Origin: an uncultured Candidatus Saccharibacteria bacterium
GTDB lineage: Bacteria > Patescibacteriota > Dojkabacteria > SC72 > JAFGCJ01
Length of the DNA stretch: 64,000 nt
Reading direction: 5' to 3'
Assembly (NCBI GenBank): GCA_964481345.1
Contig: CAYZTC010000003.1
Span: 6,653 to 70,652 of the forward strand
Shown: piece after piece, positions 28,418-38,683 of the stretch
How the letters are laid out: each line of letters starts with the position of its first letter
Position numbering within the stretch: position 1 is the stretch's first letter
Notes under the pieces: generated by a model
What the model saw: only the letters and a program-made list of their open reading frames with translations
Database searches by the model: none
What the model was told of the DNA's origin: nothing
Translations under genes and position numbers: made by a program

Positions 28418-30291
28418 TGCAACTCAAAAAAATTATTACAGTATCATTTTTCGTGGTCATATTTACCTTATTGGCAAGGGGTGTTTGGGGGTTTGAGGAT
28501 GCAAGAATATATACTGATTTTACTTCGGAATATGTTGTAAGTGATGAAAATACAGCTGAAGCAGAGATGACTATCACGTTTACTAATGAGGGTGAGGTTT
28601 CCTCGATTTTATCGAAGTATAACTTAAATATTGGAAATATTGACCCTTTAAATGTTGAAGTTACTTATAGTGCTGAGAAAATTCCATTTACTATGTACGA
28701 ATCTAATGGAATTATCATTCAAATGAGTCTCGGAGAAATACTTTTAAGTCCAGATACTCCAGAGGAAGTTGTAGTGAAGTATGATGTGAGTGAATTTTTT
28801 GTATCGATCGGAGGTGCATATGATGTTGCACTTCCCATATTTGACCGTGCTACTTCCACAAGTGGTGGTAGTGTTGATTTAAGGTTTCCCAATTCGTTCG
28901 GATCAATAAGTTACTCAAGTATTGATTATACTTTAGAGGAGGGAGAAACTTTTTCAACGTACAATTTTGTTAGTGATGAGGTTGATTCGGTCTATGTCTC
29001 TATTGGTAATAATAGGTGTTTTTCGTTGAATATGGAGAGGGTGTTGGAAAATATGACATCTGACTATGTAACTCAGGAGATTCTTCTTCCTGTGGATTCT
29101 GCTGGTCAAACTATAGTGTTACAGAATCTCTCGCCTTTTCCTGATAGTGTAAACATGACTGACGAAGGTAACCTCTTTCTTGTATATAACATTGCTCCGG
29201 ATGATACTATTTGGGTGAGAATTCAAGGAGTTGTCGTTTCCAAAAATGTTGAAGAATCAAGTTATTTACTATCGGCGGGTCAAAAGGCAGTACATCTGGA
29301 TACCAGTATGGCATTGTGGAAAATCACCGATGAGAATATCCTGGCCGCGATGGAAGAACTAGATGATGGAATGAGTACTTCTGAGAAGGTGGGTTGGACA
29401 TACGAGTTCTTGATGGAAAATCTGAATCTAAGTGATGATTTCAGAGATCTTCATTCTTTTGAGTATCGAAAGGGTGCTGATATAGCATTACAAACATATA
29501 AGAATGCCTCTGCAGAAGATTTTGCAGACTCATTTATTGCTATTGCTAGAATACTGGATATTCCATCTCGTGTAGTTTCGGGATATGTATTTCCCTATAC
29601 TGTCGGTGGTAGCCGCGTTGGAATATACCATGTGTGGCCACAGTATTGGTCGGAAAAATATGAGTGGATATCAATAGATCCTGCATACGAGTTGTATTCC
29701 GGATTTGAACAACAAGATTGTACTGGGCTGAATAGAGTTATTATGGCTGTTTATCCGAGCAGTTTAAGTGATATTGATTTTGAGGGGAGCTCAAGTGAGA
29801 TGTTCTTTACGGAAGAGATGGTAGAAAAGGTAGTAGATCTTGATGTGGAAATCGAAATAGAAGATGAAATTCAAGCAGGTAGGTCAGAAAGTGGAAGTAT
29901 TACCTTGTTTAACAACGGTAATACCGTCATAAAAGAGATAAGTTTTTCTGATTTAGGGGGAGATCTTGAGATTGACATTGATGATGGGAGTGATAGGACT
30001 GTACTTCTGCCCGGTGAATCATTTGATTATGATTTTACAATTAGGGTAAGCGAGTGGTACTTGTCAGGAAGTAAAAAGATTAAGCTTGAAGTGCTGTCTC
30101 AAACTGCAAACGGGCAGGAAAGAAATAGTGCTGAAAAAACGGTAAGCGTAATTCCCCTGAAATGGGCAGAACCAGTAACTTGGGTGATTACTTTTGTACT
30201 CTTCTCTTTCTCTACCTGGCTTTTGTATGTTATATACAAGGTAGTGAGAAAATACTTTCCGGTATTATCCTCTAAATTTAAAAAGAAATAA
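28417..30291 (+). CDS. transglutaminase-like domain membrane protein (catalytic Cys replaced)
   Basis: N-terminal TM. Transglutaminase-like core DFADSFIAIARILDIPSRVVSGY...HVWPQYW...WISIDP, with Ala at the position of the catalytic Cys. C-terminal VIP motif, TM helix and basic tail. Confidence 0.5.
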   Translation: MQLKKIITVSFFVVIFTLLARGVWGFEDARIYTDFTSEYVVSDENTAEAEMTITFTNEGEVSSILSKYNLNIGNIDPLNVEVTYSAEKIPFTMYESNGIIIQMSLGEILLSPDTPEEVVVKYDVSEFFVSIGGAYDVALPIFDRATSTSGGSVDLRFPNSFGSISYSSIDYTLEEGETFSTYNFVSDEVDSVYVSIGNNRCFSLNMERVLENMTSDYVTQEILLPVDSAGQTIVLQNLSPFPDSVNMTDEGNLFLVYNIAPDDTIWVRIQGVVVSKNVEESSYLLSAGQKAVHLDTSMALWKITDENILAAMEELDDGMSTSEKVGWTYEFLMENLNLSDDFRDLHSFEYRKGADIALQTYKNASAEDFADSFIAIARILDIPSRVVSGYVFPYTVGGSRVGIYHVWPQYWSEKYEWISIDPAYELYSGFEQQDCTGLNRVIMAVYPSSLSDIDFEGSSSEMFFTEEMVEKVVDLDVEIEIEDEIQAGRSESGSITLFNNGNTVIKEISFSDLGGDLEIDIDDGSDRTVLLPGESFDYDFTIRVSEWYLSGSKKIKLEVLSQTANGQERNSAEKTVSVIPLKWAEPVTWVITFVLFSFSTWLLYVIYKVVRKYFPVLSSKFKKK

Positions 30292-30293
30292 AA

Positions 30294-30689
30294 TTGGAGT
30301 TATACATACTTATTGTTGCAATTATTGTTTTGTTATTTGTGTTAATCCTTGTTGGCGGGGGTGCTCAAAGAAACAAGGATCTGATAAAGGCAGAGTTGCC
30401 GGTTGCGGAGAAGTTGGTAAAGGGAAATATCTCTCAAGTAAAAGAAGGCATAATGAAATTTGATAATATATTAAACAAATCATTACAGGCAAAGGGGTTT
30501 CGTGGTCAAACATTGGGGGAGAGGCTTAAGTCCGCAAATAGGTATTTTAAGTGGAACGATTACTCTGGTATATGGGAGGCACATAAGTTAAGAAACAAGA
30601 TAGTTCACGAGGACCATGATCCAGGTGGCACTGAGATCAAAAAATCAGTAAAATACTTCAAGTTGGCGATTAATAAACTACTTAAATGA
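30294..30689 (+). CDS. membrane-anchored DUF4145/HEPN-like protein
   Basis: N-terminal TM helix. The C-terminal TLGERLKSA...WEAHKLRNKIVHED carries an R-x4-H HEPN-type motif. Confidence 0.4.
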   Translation: MELYILIVAIIVLLFVLILVGGGAQRNKDLIKAELPVAEKLVKGNISQVKEGIMKFDNILNKSLQAKGFRGQTLGERLKSANRYFKWNDYSGIWEAHKLRNKIVHEDHDPGGTEIKKSVKYFKLAINKLLK

Positions 30690-31240
30690 AAAGGGTATTA
30701 CTTATTACAGCTGTAATATTTTGTTCGATGCTATCTTTTGCTTATGCAGAGGAAATTGATGAGGACTCTCCTGACTCTGAGTATGTAAGTATGGAGGTAA
30801 ATGTGGGTTTGCAGTCAGTGTTTACAAACGAGATCCCACTGATTGTCAGTTTTACACCTAATACTGATTCAAACAAGGCGTCCATCGAGTGGGTACTTCC
30901 ATATGATCTTGAGTCTGACTCAGATTTGAAGCAGTGGTTCCCAGTGGAGAAAGGGACTGAGTATGAAGTAAAGGTGTGGGTAAGCCCTGAGGAACCGGGT
31001 AGGTACGAAGTGCCAATAAATGTAGACGTATGGCTTTATAATTCTTCACATATAAATACAAGGACTCTAAGTTTTGAGGTGGATGATTCACTCAGAGTTA
31101 GTCCTGTACCATCTGAGTATGTAAGAAACTTTGTTCTTAAGTGGGTGGCAATGGTGATATTGTGTGTTGTTGTAATATTTGTATTATGGAGATTGTGGGT
31201 TATTTTTTTCCCAAAGTTTAAGAAATGGTTAGAGGAGTAG
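30686..31240 (+). CDS. hypothetical secreted protein with C-terminal TM anchor
   Basis: Signal peptide, then a C-terminal TM helix plus a KFKKW tail. Confidence 0.4.
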   Translation: MKRVLLITAVIFCSMLSFAYAEEIDEDSPDSEYVSMEVNVGLQSVFTNEIPLIVSFTPNTDSNKASIEWVLPYDLESDSDLKQWFPVEKGTEYEVKVWVSPEEPGRYEVPINVDVWLYNSSHINTRTLSFEVDDSLRVSPVPSEYVRNFVLKWVAMVILCVVVIFVLWRLWVIFFPKFKKWLEE

Positions 31241-32187
31241 AAAGTATAAAAAAGTTTTTTTCATTTTTGTGGTATAGGTATTTTAAAGCAAGTACCACAA
31301 ACTTTATTATTTTTTTACTGGTTCTTGTATTTGGACTATTATCAATACTCATGGTTTACAGATATTGGGACAGTATTATGCTTGCAATTCCAGGAGTAGT
31401 AAGTCACGATGAATATAATGAACTGACGGATCAGAAGAACGAATATATTAATCAAAATGCTGGGTTGCTTTCTGAAAACGCTGGGCTTGAGGTAGAGCTT
31501 GCTGATTTAAGTGATAATGAGTATTCCCAAAGAGCTGATATATACAATGAGATAATCATTAATCTCCAAGAGGTGATTGAGAATATTGGGGCGATGATTG
31601 CGTATGGGGAGCAGTTTGTGGATATGCAGCTTCCAGTATATGTGACTCGATATGTGGAGCTATCTCAAGAGTTAGATGAATTGAGGCTTCAGGCCTCTCA
31701 AAAGTCACTTTTAATTTCTCAAGCAAGAAAGGATCAGAACGATTTGAATTGGAAAAGGGATAGTTTTGACTTGTGTCTTAATGAGGTTGGTTGGAATGGT
31801 GATGATTCAACTATTAACAGCGAAATTTTGGTCTGCATAGACAAAATTGATATAGCGATTGAGTATGTGGGTTCACTTGAGGCTAATTATGAAGTGAGTC
31901 TTGAAGACTTACATACCTATTTTGCAACGTTAAAGGAGCAATGGACTGCAAGTGCAGATTACTACTCTGCTCTTTCTGAGAGTAACTATACAAAAGCAAA
32001 TGAATACGATGAGGTATTTGCAGAAAAAAGAAGAGAGATAGAGGAAAGTGACCTGGAAGAAATTTTAGTTAACTTCAGTACTCTTGTTGTACTCCCTGCC
32101 TCAGATGAGTTTGCAGAGATCAGTGAGCAAGTTGCCTCAAAGCAAAATGAGGTAGATATTTGGTATGAGGAGAATATCGAAAAATGA
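31225..32187 (+). CDS. hypothetical membrane-anchored coiled-coil protein
   Basis: N-terminal TM, then a long acidic coiled-coil region. Confidence 0.4.
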   Translation: MVRGVESIKKFFSFLWYRYFKASTTNFIIFLLVLVFGLLSILMVYRYWDSIMLAIPGVVSHDEYNELTDQKNEYINQNAGLLSENAGLEVELADLSDNEYSQRADIYNEIIINLQEVIENIGAMIAYGEQFVDMQLPVYVTRYVELSQELDELRLQASQKSLLISQARKDQNDLNWKRDSFDLCLNEVGWNGDDSTINSEILVCIDKIDIAIEYVGSLEANYEVSLEDLHTYFATLKEQWTASADYYSALSESNYTKANEYDEVFAEKRREIEESDLEEILVNFSTLVVLPASDEFAEISEQVASKQNEVDIWYEENIEK

Positions 32188-33965
32188 AGACCAAGTGGGA
32201 TTTAAAACAGCTTTTTCCTGATGGAAATATTGAAGAATATACTGAGAGAAAGGTAAGAAAATGGAAAGCATTTGCGTCGAAGTATCGAAAGGATAAAAGC
32301 TTTTTAAAATCTCCCCCAAAATTAAAGGAGGCTTTGGATGAGTATTGCAAACTGCGCATTGTATATGATACTTATGGTCTTGATAATTTTTATTATAGGT
32401 TGGCATCCGATCTTAAACTTGATAATTCGGATTTAAAGCAAAAAGAGAAGAAGCATTATGATATTTCATTAAATTTGGCGAACCAACTAGAATTTTTTAG
32501 TTTAGAGCTTGGGAAAGTAAGCAAAGATAGGCAAAAAGAATTTCTTCGATCGCCTCTTCTTTCTGAATACAAATATTTCCTCAAGAGGCTATTTGTAGTA
32601 TCAAAATATTTTCTTCTTGAAGAGTCGGAAAAAATAATGAAGTTACTTTCTACTTCCTCCTATTCTAACTGGGTACGAATGACCGATGAATTGCTAAATA
32701 CAGAAAAAGCTTTAGTTCATAATTCCAATGGAAAAAAAGAGGAGATTAGTTTTAGTGAGTTAACTGAAAGGATAAATGATCCTAGGAAAAAAATTAGAAA
32801 AGAGGCCGGTAAAAAGTTCAATGAGATTCTTGAGAAGTATTTGAAGGTTGCAGAGTATGAGATAAATTCTATTCTTGATGAAAAAAGAGTATCTGACAAT
32901 TTAAGAGGTTACAAATATCCGGAGGAGACAAATCATATAGTAAATGATGTAAGTACAGAAATGGTTGGTAAACTAGTTGAAGAGGTAACAAAAAGAAATG
33001 ACCTATCTCATAGATATTATGAACTTAAAGCAAAATTGATGGGTAAGAAAAAGCTTGAGTATTATGAAAGAAACGTTCCTCTTGGATCAGTTTCAAAAAG
33101 GTATTCGTTTACTGAAGCTTCAGATATTGTAGGTAATGTTATTAAACAAGTGGATTCTGGATTTTATCAGATATACAGTACCCTACTTTCGAATGGACAA
33201 GTTGATGTATTTCCTGAAGTAGGAAAAAAGAGTGGTGGGTATTGTGTAGGGAATACAATATCCTCCCCTATTTTCATTCTTCTAAACTATATTGGAACTT
33301 ATAAAAATGTTACAACACTTGCACATGAGATGGGACATGCTATCAATAACGAGTTAATGAGGAATATTAAAAACCCTTTGTACTATGGAATTTCTTCAAT
33401 CACCCAGGAGGTATCAAGCAATTTTTTTGAGGACTTTGTGTGTGACGAGGTTTCTAAGTCACTTTCTAAAGAGGAGCAGCTAAATGTCCTTATGGAGAGA
33501 TTAAATTCTGGAGTGTCTTCAGTTCATAGACAGATTGCATGCTATAAATTTGAAAGAGATTTGCATCGAGAGTTCAGAAAAAAGAAATTTCTCTCATATG
33601 AAGATATTGGAGCTTTATTTTCTAATAAAATGAAGGAATATATGGGAGATTTTGTAGATCATCCTAAATATTCGCATAATTGGTGGTTGTATTGGAGACA
33701 CATAAGGTTATACTTCTACGTATATTCTTATGCAAGTGGTTATCTTATTTCTTGGTATATGCAAAGGCAGGTGAGGAAAGATAAACAGTGGGTTAAGAAG
33801 CTAAAAAAATTCATGAAGGCTGGAAGTTCAGATAGTCCAACTAATATCTTAAAGTCTATTGGAATAGATATTGAATCTGGAGAACTTTGGAAGGAAGGTC
33901 TTGACGAAATGGAGGGTATGCTTGAAAAGGCAGAAAAACTTGCAAAAGAGCTTGGGAAAATATAG
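32184..33965 (+). CDS. pepF: oligoendopeptidase F-like M3 family zinc metallopeptidase
   Basis: HEMGHAINNE (HExxH) with a downstream Glu, and a length of 593 aa typical of M3B PepF. Confidence 0.7.
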   Translation: MKTKWDLKQLFPDGNIEEYTERKVRKWKAFASKYRKDKSFLKSPPKLKEALDEYCKLRIVYDTYGLDNFYYRLASDLKLDNSDLKQKEKKHYDISLNLANQLEFFSLELGKVSKDRQKEFLRSPLLSEYKYFLKRLFVVSKYFLLEESEKIMKLLSTSSYSNWVRMTDELLNTEKALVHNSNGKKEEISFSELTERINDPRKKIRKEAGKKFNEILEKYLKVAEYEINSILDEKRVSDNLRGYKYPEETNHIVNDVSTEMVGKLVEEVTKRNDLSHRYYELKAKLMGKKKLEYYERNVPLGSVSKRYSFTEASDIVGNVIKQVDSGFYQIYSTLLSNGQVDVFPEVGKKSGGYCVGNTISSPIFILLNYIGTYKNVTTLAHEMGHAINNELMRNIKNPLYYGISSITQEVSSNFFEDFVCDEVSKSLSKEEQLNVLMERLNSGVSSVHRQIACYKFERDLHREFRKKKFLSYEDIGALFSNKMKEYMGDFVDHPKYSHNWWLYWRHIRLYFYVYSYASGYLISWYMQRQVRKDKQWVKKLKKFMKAGSSDSPTNILKSIGIDIESGELWKEGLDEMEGMLEKAEKLAKELGKI

Positions 33966-34150
33966 CTATTTTTCGTTTGGCGCAATTCCTGTGTAGCTTT
34001 TCTTATTTTTTGGATTGTGAACTCTTGCTCCCTTAATGTATATATATTTTGACTCATCCCTTTTGTTACTCAAGTTGCCTACTCAAAATGTTAAATCCCT
34101 TTTTTAGCAAAATAGAGTAATGTTATGGAAGTATATATATTGGGAGTGGT

Positions 34151-34453
34151 TTATGATCGGGGGAGTTTCTTTATTTTTTCAAGCTCTTTGTGAACATTGC
34201 TTAATGCCTTTTCAATACGTGAGAGTTGTGACTCTACTGCATAATCTTCAGAATTACCTTTGATGAAATAGTCTAGTGGTTTGTTTAGCTCCTCTGCAAT
34301 CCTTATTAGTGTCTCAAGTGGTGGAATTGTCCTGTTTGATTCATAAGCACTTACAGCTTTATCGGAAAGACCCAAGGATATACCAAGGTCTTTTTGTGAG
34401 ACATTTTGTTCTTGTCTCGCTTTGCGAATTTTATCGCCTAGGTCGTCCAGCAT
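34151..34453 (-). CDS. XRE-family helix-turn-helix transcriptional regulator
   Basis: HTH region IRKARQEQNVSQKDLGISLGLSDKAVSAYES. Confidence 0.75.
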   Translation of the reverse strand: MLDDLGDKIRKARQEQNVSQKDLGISLGLSDKAVSAYESNRTIPPLETLIRIAEELNKPLDYFIKGNSEDYAVESQLSRIEKALSNVHKELEKIKKLPRS

Positions 34454-34480
34454 ATCTACGCGGATTATATATCAACTATA

Positions 34481-35236
34481 TCAAGAACGAAAGATACCGC
34501 TAAAAGGACTTTTCCTTTTTTTAGGTTTATTGTTTAGGTTATCAGTAAAAAAGGGGGCAGGAGGTAGCTCTGGCAGGCCTTCTTCTTTTGGTATATCGCT
34601 AACGTCAACATCTGAGCTGTCCTTAGATATTTCATTGTTGTACTTAAATGTATCTGGTGATGTAATATCTTCAGGTTCAGATTCCACTTGTTTTCTTAAT
34701 TGTCTGATGTATCTGTTTTTTTCTTTGAGTAAGTTGTTAACCTGTTTGAACTCCTCAAGTTGATCTTTTACCTGCCCTTCGAGTACTTTTACTTTTGCCT
34801 TATGACTTCCTATTTCCTCTTTGATTTCGTCGTATTTGTTTCCTTTTTCCAATAGGTCTTTGTGTTCTTTCCCATTGAGAAGCTGATTTCTAATTTCGTC
34901 TTCTCCCATCGGGCTAAATCTATAATAGCTTAAGTCCCTATTGTCTGGCTCTCTTCCAAGTACTTCTTGAAAAACCTTTTTAATCAGTTCTGTTTTGTCT
35001 TCGCTACTACCTTCAGTTCTTGAAGGAAAGCCAAGATCCCCAAAGCCATTTGATCCAAATGGAAAACCTGGTTTAGGAGGAATGGGTGAAGTTTTATTAG
35101 CTGGTTTGGAAGGTGGTTGTTTTCTAGGAATTTGCTTTAATTGAGAAGGTTTCTTTGAAACAGATTTTACGGCATCACCTTTTGGTGACGGGAACTTCAC
35201 ATATCCGGAAGTTTTAGTTGGCTTGTTGTTTTTCAT
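34481..35236 (-). CDS. DUF4214-like domain protein, Pro/Lys-rich N-terminus
   Basis: LGREPDNRDLSYY matches the LGRxPDxxGxxYW core of DUF4214. Coiled-coil C-terminus. Confidence 0.4.
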   Translation of the reverse strand: MKNNKPTKTSGYVKFPSPKGDAVKSVSKKPSQLKQIPRKQPPSKPANKTSPIPPKPGFPFGSNGFGDLGFPSRTEGSSEDKTELIKKVFQEVLGREPDNRDLSYYRFSPMGEDEIRNQLLNGKEHKDLLEKGNKYDEIKEEIGSHKAKVKVLEGQVKDQLEEFKQVNNLLKEKNRYIRQLRKQVESEPEDITSPDTFKYNNEISKDSSDVDVSDIPKEEGLPELPPAPFFTDNLNNKPKKRKSPFSGIFRS

Positions 35237-35715
35237 TTGTCGTTGGCAGTTAATGCATTTATATTATATTTGCAGCCTTTTTACAAGTTTAACCTGCTAT
35301 ATATCAGAAATCTTCTTAAAATATTTTATTCATTACCGTTTAACTAAACCTTGTTAGAGGAGGAATTCCTTGTAATGGTAAGCAGCTTATTGACAATTAA
35401 TGAGGTATCTTATAGTATTCATTTGATCTTAAAAAATGGAGGTGCTTATAGAAAAAATGTAAGGCCGGTCCAGCGGCCAAAATGTGACTTTACTGGACTA
35501 TGAGGATAATCATCGCAAACCTAGAAAAAAAATGTTGAATTTGGGTTTTGATTAATTCACACCCTTAAATCCTCGAGATCCTTTTTTATAAAGGAAAAGG
35601 TGTGAAGTTTTACCTTCGTTTTTTTTGAGGCTAGCCTGGTTGTATTGAAACGCGCCGGTTTTTTTATACTTAAAAATCCAGGCTGGTCTCTCAAATTTTT
35701 GGAATCTGTTTTGCC

Positions 35716-36366
35716 TTAATCTAGGATTCTTTTTATTCTTTCAATTGCTTTTGGCAAATTTGGGGTACCCTGTCCTACTGGGTAGTACGAGGGGTAGATT
35801 TTGTAGGTTTTTGTGTCAATATTTATTGTTTCGTATTCATTATTTATGTAGTTTGAAACCGATATGGGCTTTTCCAGTAAGGTAGAACTTACTACGTTTC
35901 CAAATGTTATTATTATTTCAGGATCAAGTATTAATAACTCCTTTTTTGTGTTGTTAACAAAATCTTTAAAAACTTTTGACTTAATGGTTCTAGCGTCTGG
36001 TTGGGTGCATTTTGCAATATTAGTGATGTAAAGTGATTCGTTTGAAACCTCTGAATAAAGTTCTTCAGCAAATCTTTCAGTCCATTGATTTGGTTTGTAA
36101 ACTTGTGCTCTGTAAATAATCTCTTTTCTTCTAATGAGATCAAGTTCAAACAGTAGTTTCCATACTTGTTTTGTACCGATCCATGGTGCGCGAATTCCTT
36201 TCCAGCTGGAATGAGCCGATATGTTTCTTGCAGTAGGGTTCATAAAAACCATGCATATTCGAGGATTCTTAGTACGACCTGCCCCATAAATCGGAAAAAA
36301 TCTTGAGTCTCCATGTCTTTTGTGAAGGGAGTTAATTTCGTTGAATAGCTCTTCAAGCTGTAGCAT
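35716..36366 (-). CDS. uracil-DNA glycosylase superfamily protein (putative)
   Basis: ICMVFMNPTARN resembles the motif-A GxNPG of MUG/SMUG-type UDGs. A C-terminal IYPSYYP motif sits at the position of HPSP motif B. Confidence 0.45.
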   Translation of the reverse strand: MLQLEELFNEINSLHKRHGDSRFFPIYGAGRTKNPRICMVFMNPTARNISAHSSWKGIRAPWIGTKQVWKLLFELDLIRRKEIIYRAQVYKPNQWTERFAEELYSEVSNESLYITNIAKCTQPDARTIKSKVFKDFVNNTKKELLILDPEIIITFGNVVSSTLLEKPISVSNYINNEYETINIDTKTYKIYPSYYPVGQGTPNLPKAIERIKRILD

Positions 36367-36728
36367 GAAATGATTATATCAAGAATTTCTTTAAGGAATA
36401 TCAGCTACTTACAATTTCCAAAATCTTCTCCCTTATTTTTTCCTTAAATTCAAAAAATGTTCTAATTCAAATGTGAATGAAACAGTTTTCTAGTCTTAGT
36501 TATTTTAAGATAAAAAATGTGAATGCTCTATATCCAACGCCTATCCATAAAATGACAACAAGAAATGTGAGTAGATAAAATAAGAACCCCTTGAGATATT
36601 TCCAAAATGATTTCATGACATTATTATTGTACATATTATACTGACAAATGCCAAAATGCTGGAGCAAGATCTAAGTTCATTATCAATCACTTCGCTCCTT
36701 TGGAGCTTGTTCTTGAATGAGCGTAGTA

Positions 36729-36804
36729 TGGAGCGGGAGACGGGATTCGAACCCGTGACCTTCTCCTTGGAAGGGAGACATTCTAGCCGCTGAACTACTC
36801 CCGC
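36729..36804 (-). tRNA. tRNA-Gly (anticodon TCC), CCA encoded
   Basis: The minus-strand sequence GCGGGAGTAGTTCAGCGGCTAGAATGTCTCCCTTCCAAGGAGAAGGTCACGGGTTCGAATCCCGTCTCCCGCTCCA folds as a cloverleaf with anticodon loop CTTCCAA. Confidence 0.85.
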
Positions 36805-37072
36805 TTTATTATGATTATAATATCATATTGCTGATTTCTCTAGGTAGTAAGTCGGGAGGTGGACTTGACTTAATTAAAATTTCATTAACTTATGTGTCCA
36901 GGTTTAACCTTAAGATTATCCTCTCATAATAGCCTAAACCTTTATTATTGAAAGTATAAACTCAACAAATATTCAAAAAGTAGCGGTATACCAACCTTTT
37001 TGTCAGGTCAGACCTCAACTACTTTCTTAATGAATTTTTAATGAAGGTTTAACCAAGGACTGTCCTCGATTT

Positions 37073-38080
37073 CTAACAGATAAGGCCTCCTCGAACAACT
37101 CTATCTCTATCATACAGAACTAACGATTGGCCGTTTGTTGGGGCATAAACGGGTTTATTGAGGGTTACAATGCCTTTTGAATATCTGCATTTAACGGGCT
37201 CTTGTTTGTATCGGATTTGTGCAAGATATTCATTATTTTCTAGTGGTAGTTCATCTGTCCAAGATTCATCGGTAATCAAAATTTTCTTTTTCCATAACGT
37301 TTTGTGGTCTTTTCCCATACCAACGTATAAAATGTTCGATTTAATATTCTTATCAACGACGTAATACGGTTTTTTTGTGCCACCTATTTTTATACCTTTC
37401 CTTTGTCCAATTGTGTAAAAGTGGACTCCTGAGTGTTCGCCAACCTCTTCTTTTGTGTCAAAATCAAATATTATTCCTGGGCTTTCTTTGATGTTTTGCC
37501 TTATATACTCATGGACATTTGAGTTCTGAATAAAGCAGATATCCTGACTTTCCTTACTTGCTGTTGTTTTTAGTCCAGTTTCCTTGGCAATTTTGCGGAC
37601 TTCGTTTTTGGTCATATTTCCAAGTGGAAATAGCGTTTTTTTCAGGATTTTCTTGTTCAGACGATATAAAAAGTAGGACTGGTCCCGAGTAGGGTCAGAC
37701 CCTCTCAGTAACCTGCCATTATCTACTCTTGCGTAGTGGCCAGTTGATATGTAATCTGCACCTTCTTTTAAACATTCTTGTAAGAATCTTCCAAACTTAA
37801 TCTTTTCGTTGCAGATAACGCAAGGGTTTGGAGTTAAGCCCTGCTTTAAAGCCTTTTTATAGCTATTAATTACCTCTTTTTCAAAGTCTTTTCTGAAATC
37901 CCATATCAAAAGTGGTACTTTCAGTTGTTCTGATACTATTTTTGCATATTTGGAAGTATCTTCTGGAAGATTTAATATATGAACTCCTGTCACGTTTTCT
38001 CCTTCTTGTATAAGGGTAAAGGCCGCTATGGCACTATCTACGCCGCCCGAAAGACCTAGGAATACGTTTTTGCTACTCAT
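37073..38080 (-). CDS. mnmA: tRNA-specific 2-thiouridylase
   Basis: PP-loop LGLSGGVDSAIAA, conserved Cys residues and a length of 335 aa. Confidence 0.85.
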   Translation of the reverse strand: MSSKNVFLGLSGGVDSAIAAFTLIQEGENVTGVHILNLPEDTSKYAKIVSEQLKVPLLIWDFRKDFEKEVINSYKKALKQGLTPNPCVICNEKIKFGRFLQECLKEGADYISTGHYARVDNGRLLRGSDPTRDQSYFLYRLNKKILKKTLFPLGNMTKNEVRKIAKETGLKTTASKESQDICFIQNSNVHEYIRQNIKESPGIIFDFDTKEEVGEHSGVHFYTIGQRKGIKIGGTKKPYYVVDKNIKSNILYVGMGKDHKTLWKKKILITDESWTDELPLENNEYLAQIRYKQEPVKCRYSKGIVTLNKPVYAPTNGQSLVLYDRDRVVRGGLIC

Positions 38081-38116
38081 GTTTATTATTCTAACACAGC
38101 ATGCTATATTGAGGTT

Positions 38117-38683
38117 GTGGATACTATCAGGCAGATTAAAAGGATTATTACAGTAGTTTTTTTGATTGTACTTGGAATAATGGGATATACCTATTGGGAG
38201 AGGCTAGAGCCAATAGTGTCAAATATTTCAGAGAAAGTTAGTACAGCAAAAGATCTTTTTGAGACAGCTTCTGATGTGCAGGAAAATATTGCTGGTGTAG
38301 ATGTAAAAGAGGTTTATATAACAACAGATTCAGGTGAATATAAGCTTGAAGTAGAGGTTGCAGATAGCGATGAGGAAAGGGCAATTGGATTGATGTATAG
38401 GGAAAACTTGTGTGATGACTGTGGGATGTTATTTGTATATGAAAATGAAACAGATTCAGGATTTTGGATGAAGAACTGCCGTGTACCTTTAGATATAGTA
38501 TTTATTGATGATGAAGGAAAAATCATTGATATAAAGAGTGATTTTGAACTCTGTGATGAAAACTGTCTAACTTACTCCCCCGAGGAGGAATATCGCTATG
38601 CCATAGAAGTAAATGGTGGCTGGACAACGAAAAATGATGTTAATATAGGTGATACGGTAGTAGGAATTAGATCTGATTCATAA
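38117..38683 (+). CDS. DUF192 (COG1430) family protein
   Basis: AIGLMYRENL...GMLFVY...WMKNCRVPLDIVFID matches the DUF192 core. Confidence 0.65.
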   Translation: MDTIRQIKRIITVVFLIVLGIMGYTYWERLEPIVSNISEKVSTAKDLFETASDVQENIAGVDVKEVYITTDSGEYKLEVEVADSDEERAIGLMYRENLCDDCGMLFVYENETDSGFWMKNCRVPLDIVFIDDEGKIIDIKSDFELCDENCLTYSPEEEYRYAIEVNGGWTTKNDVNIGDTVVGIRSDS

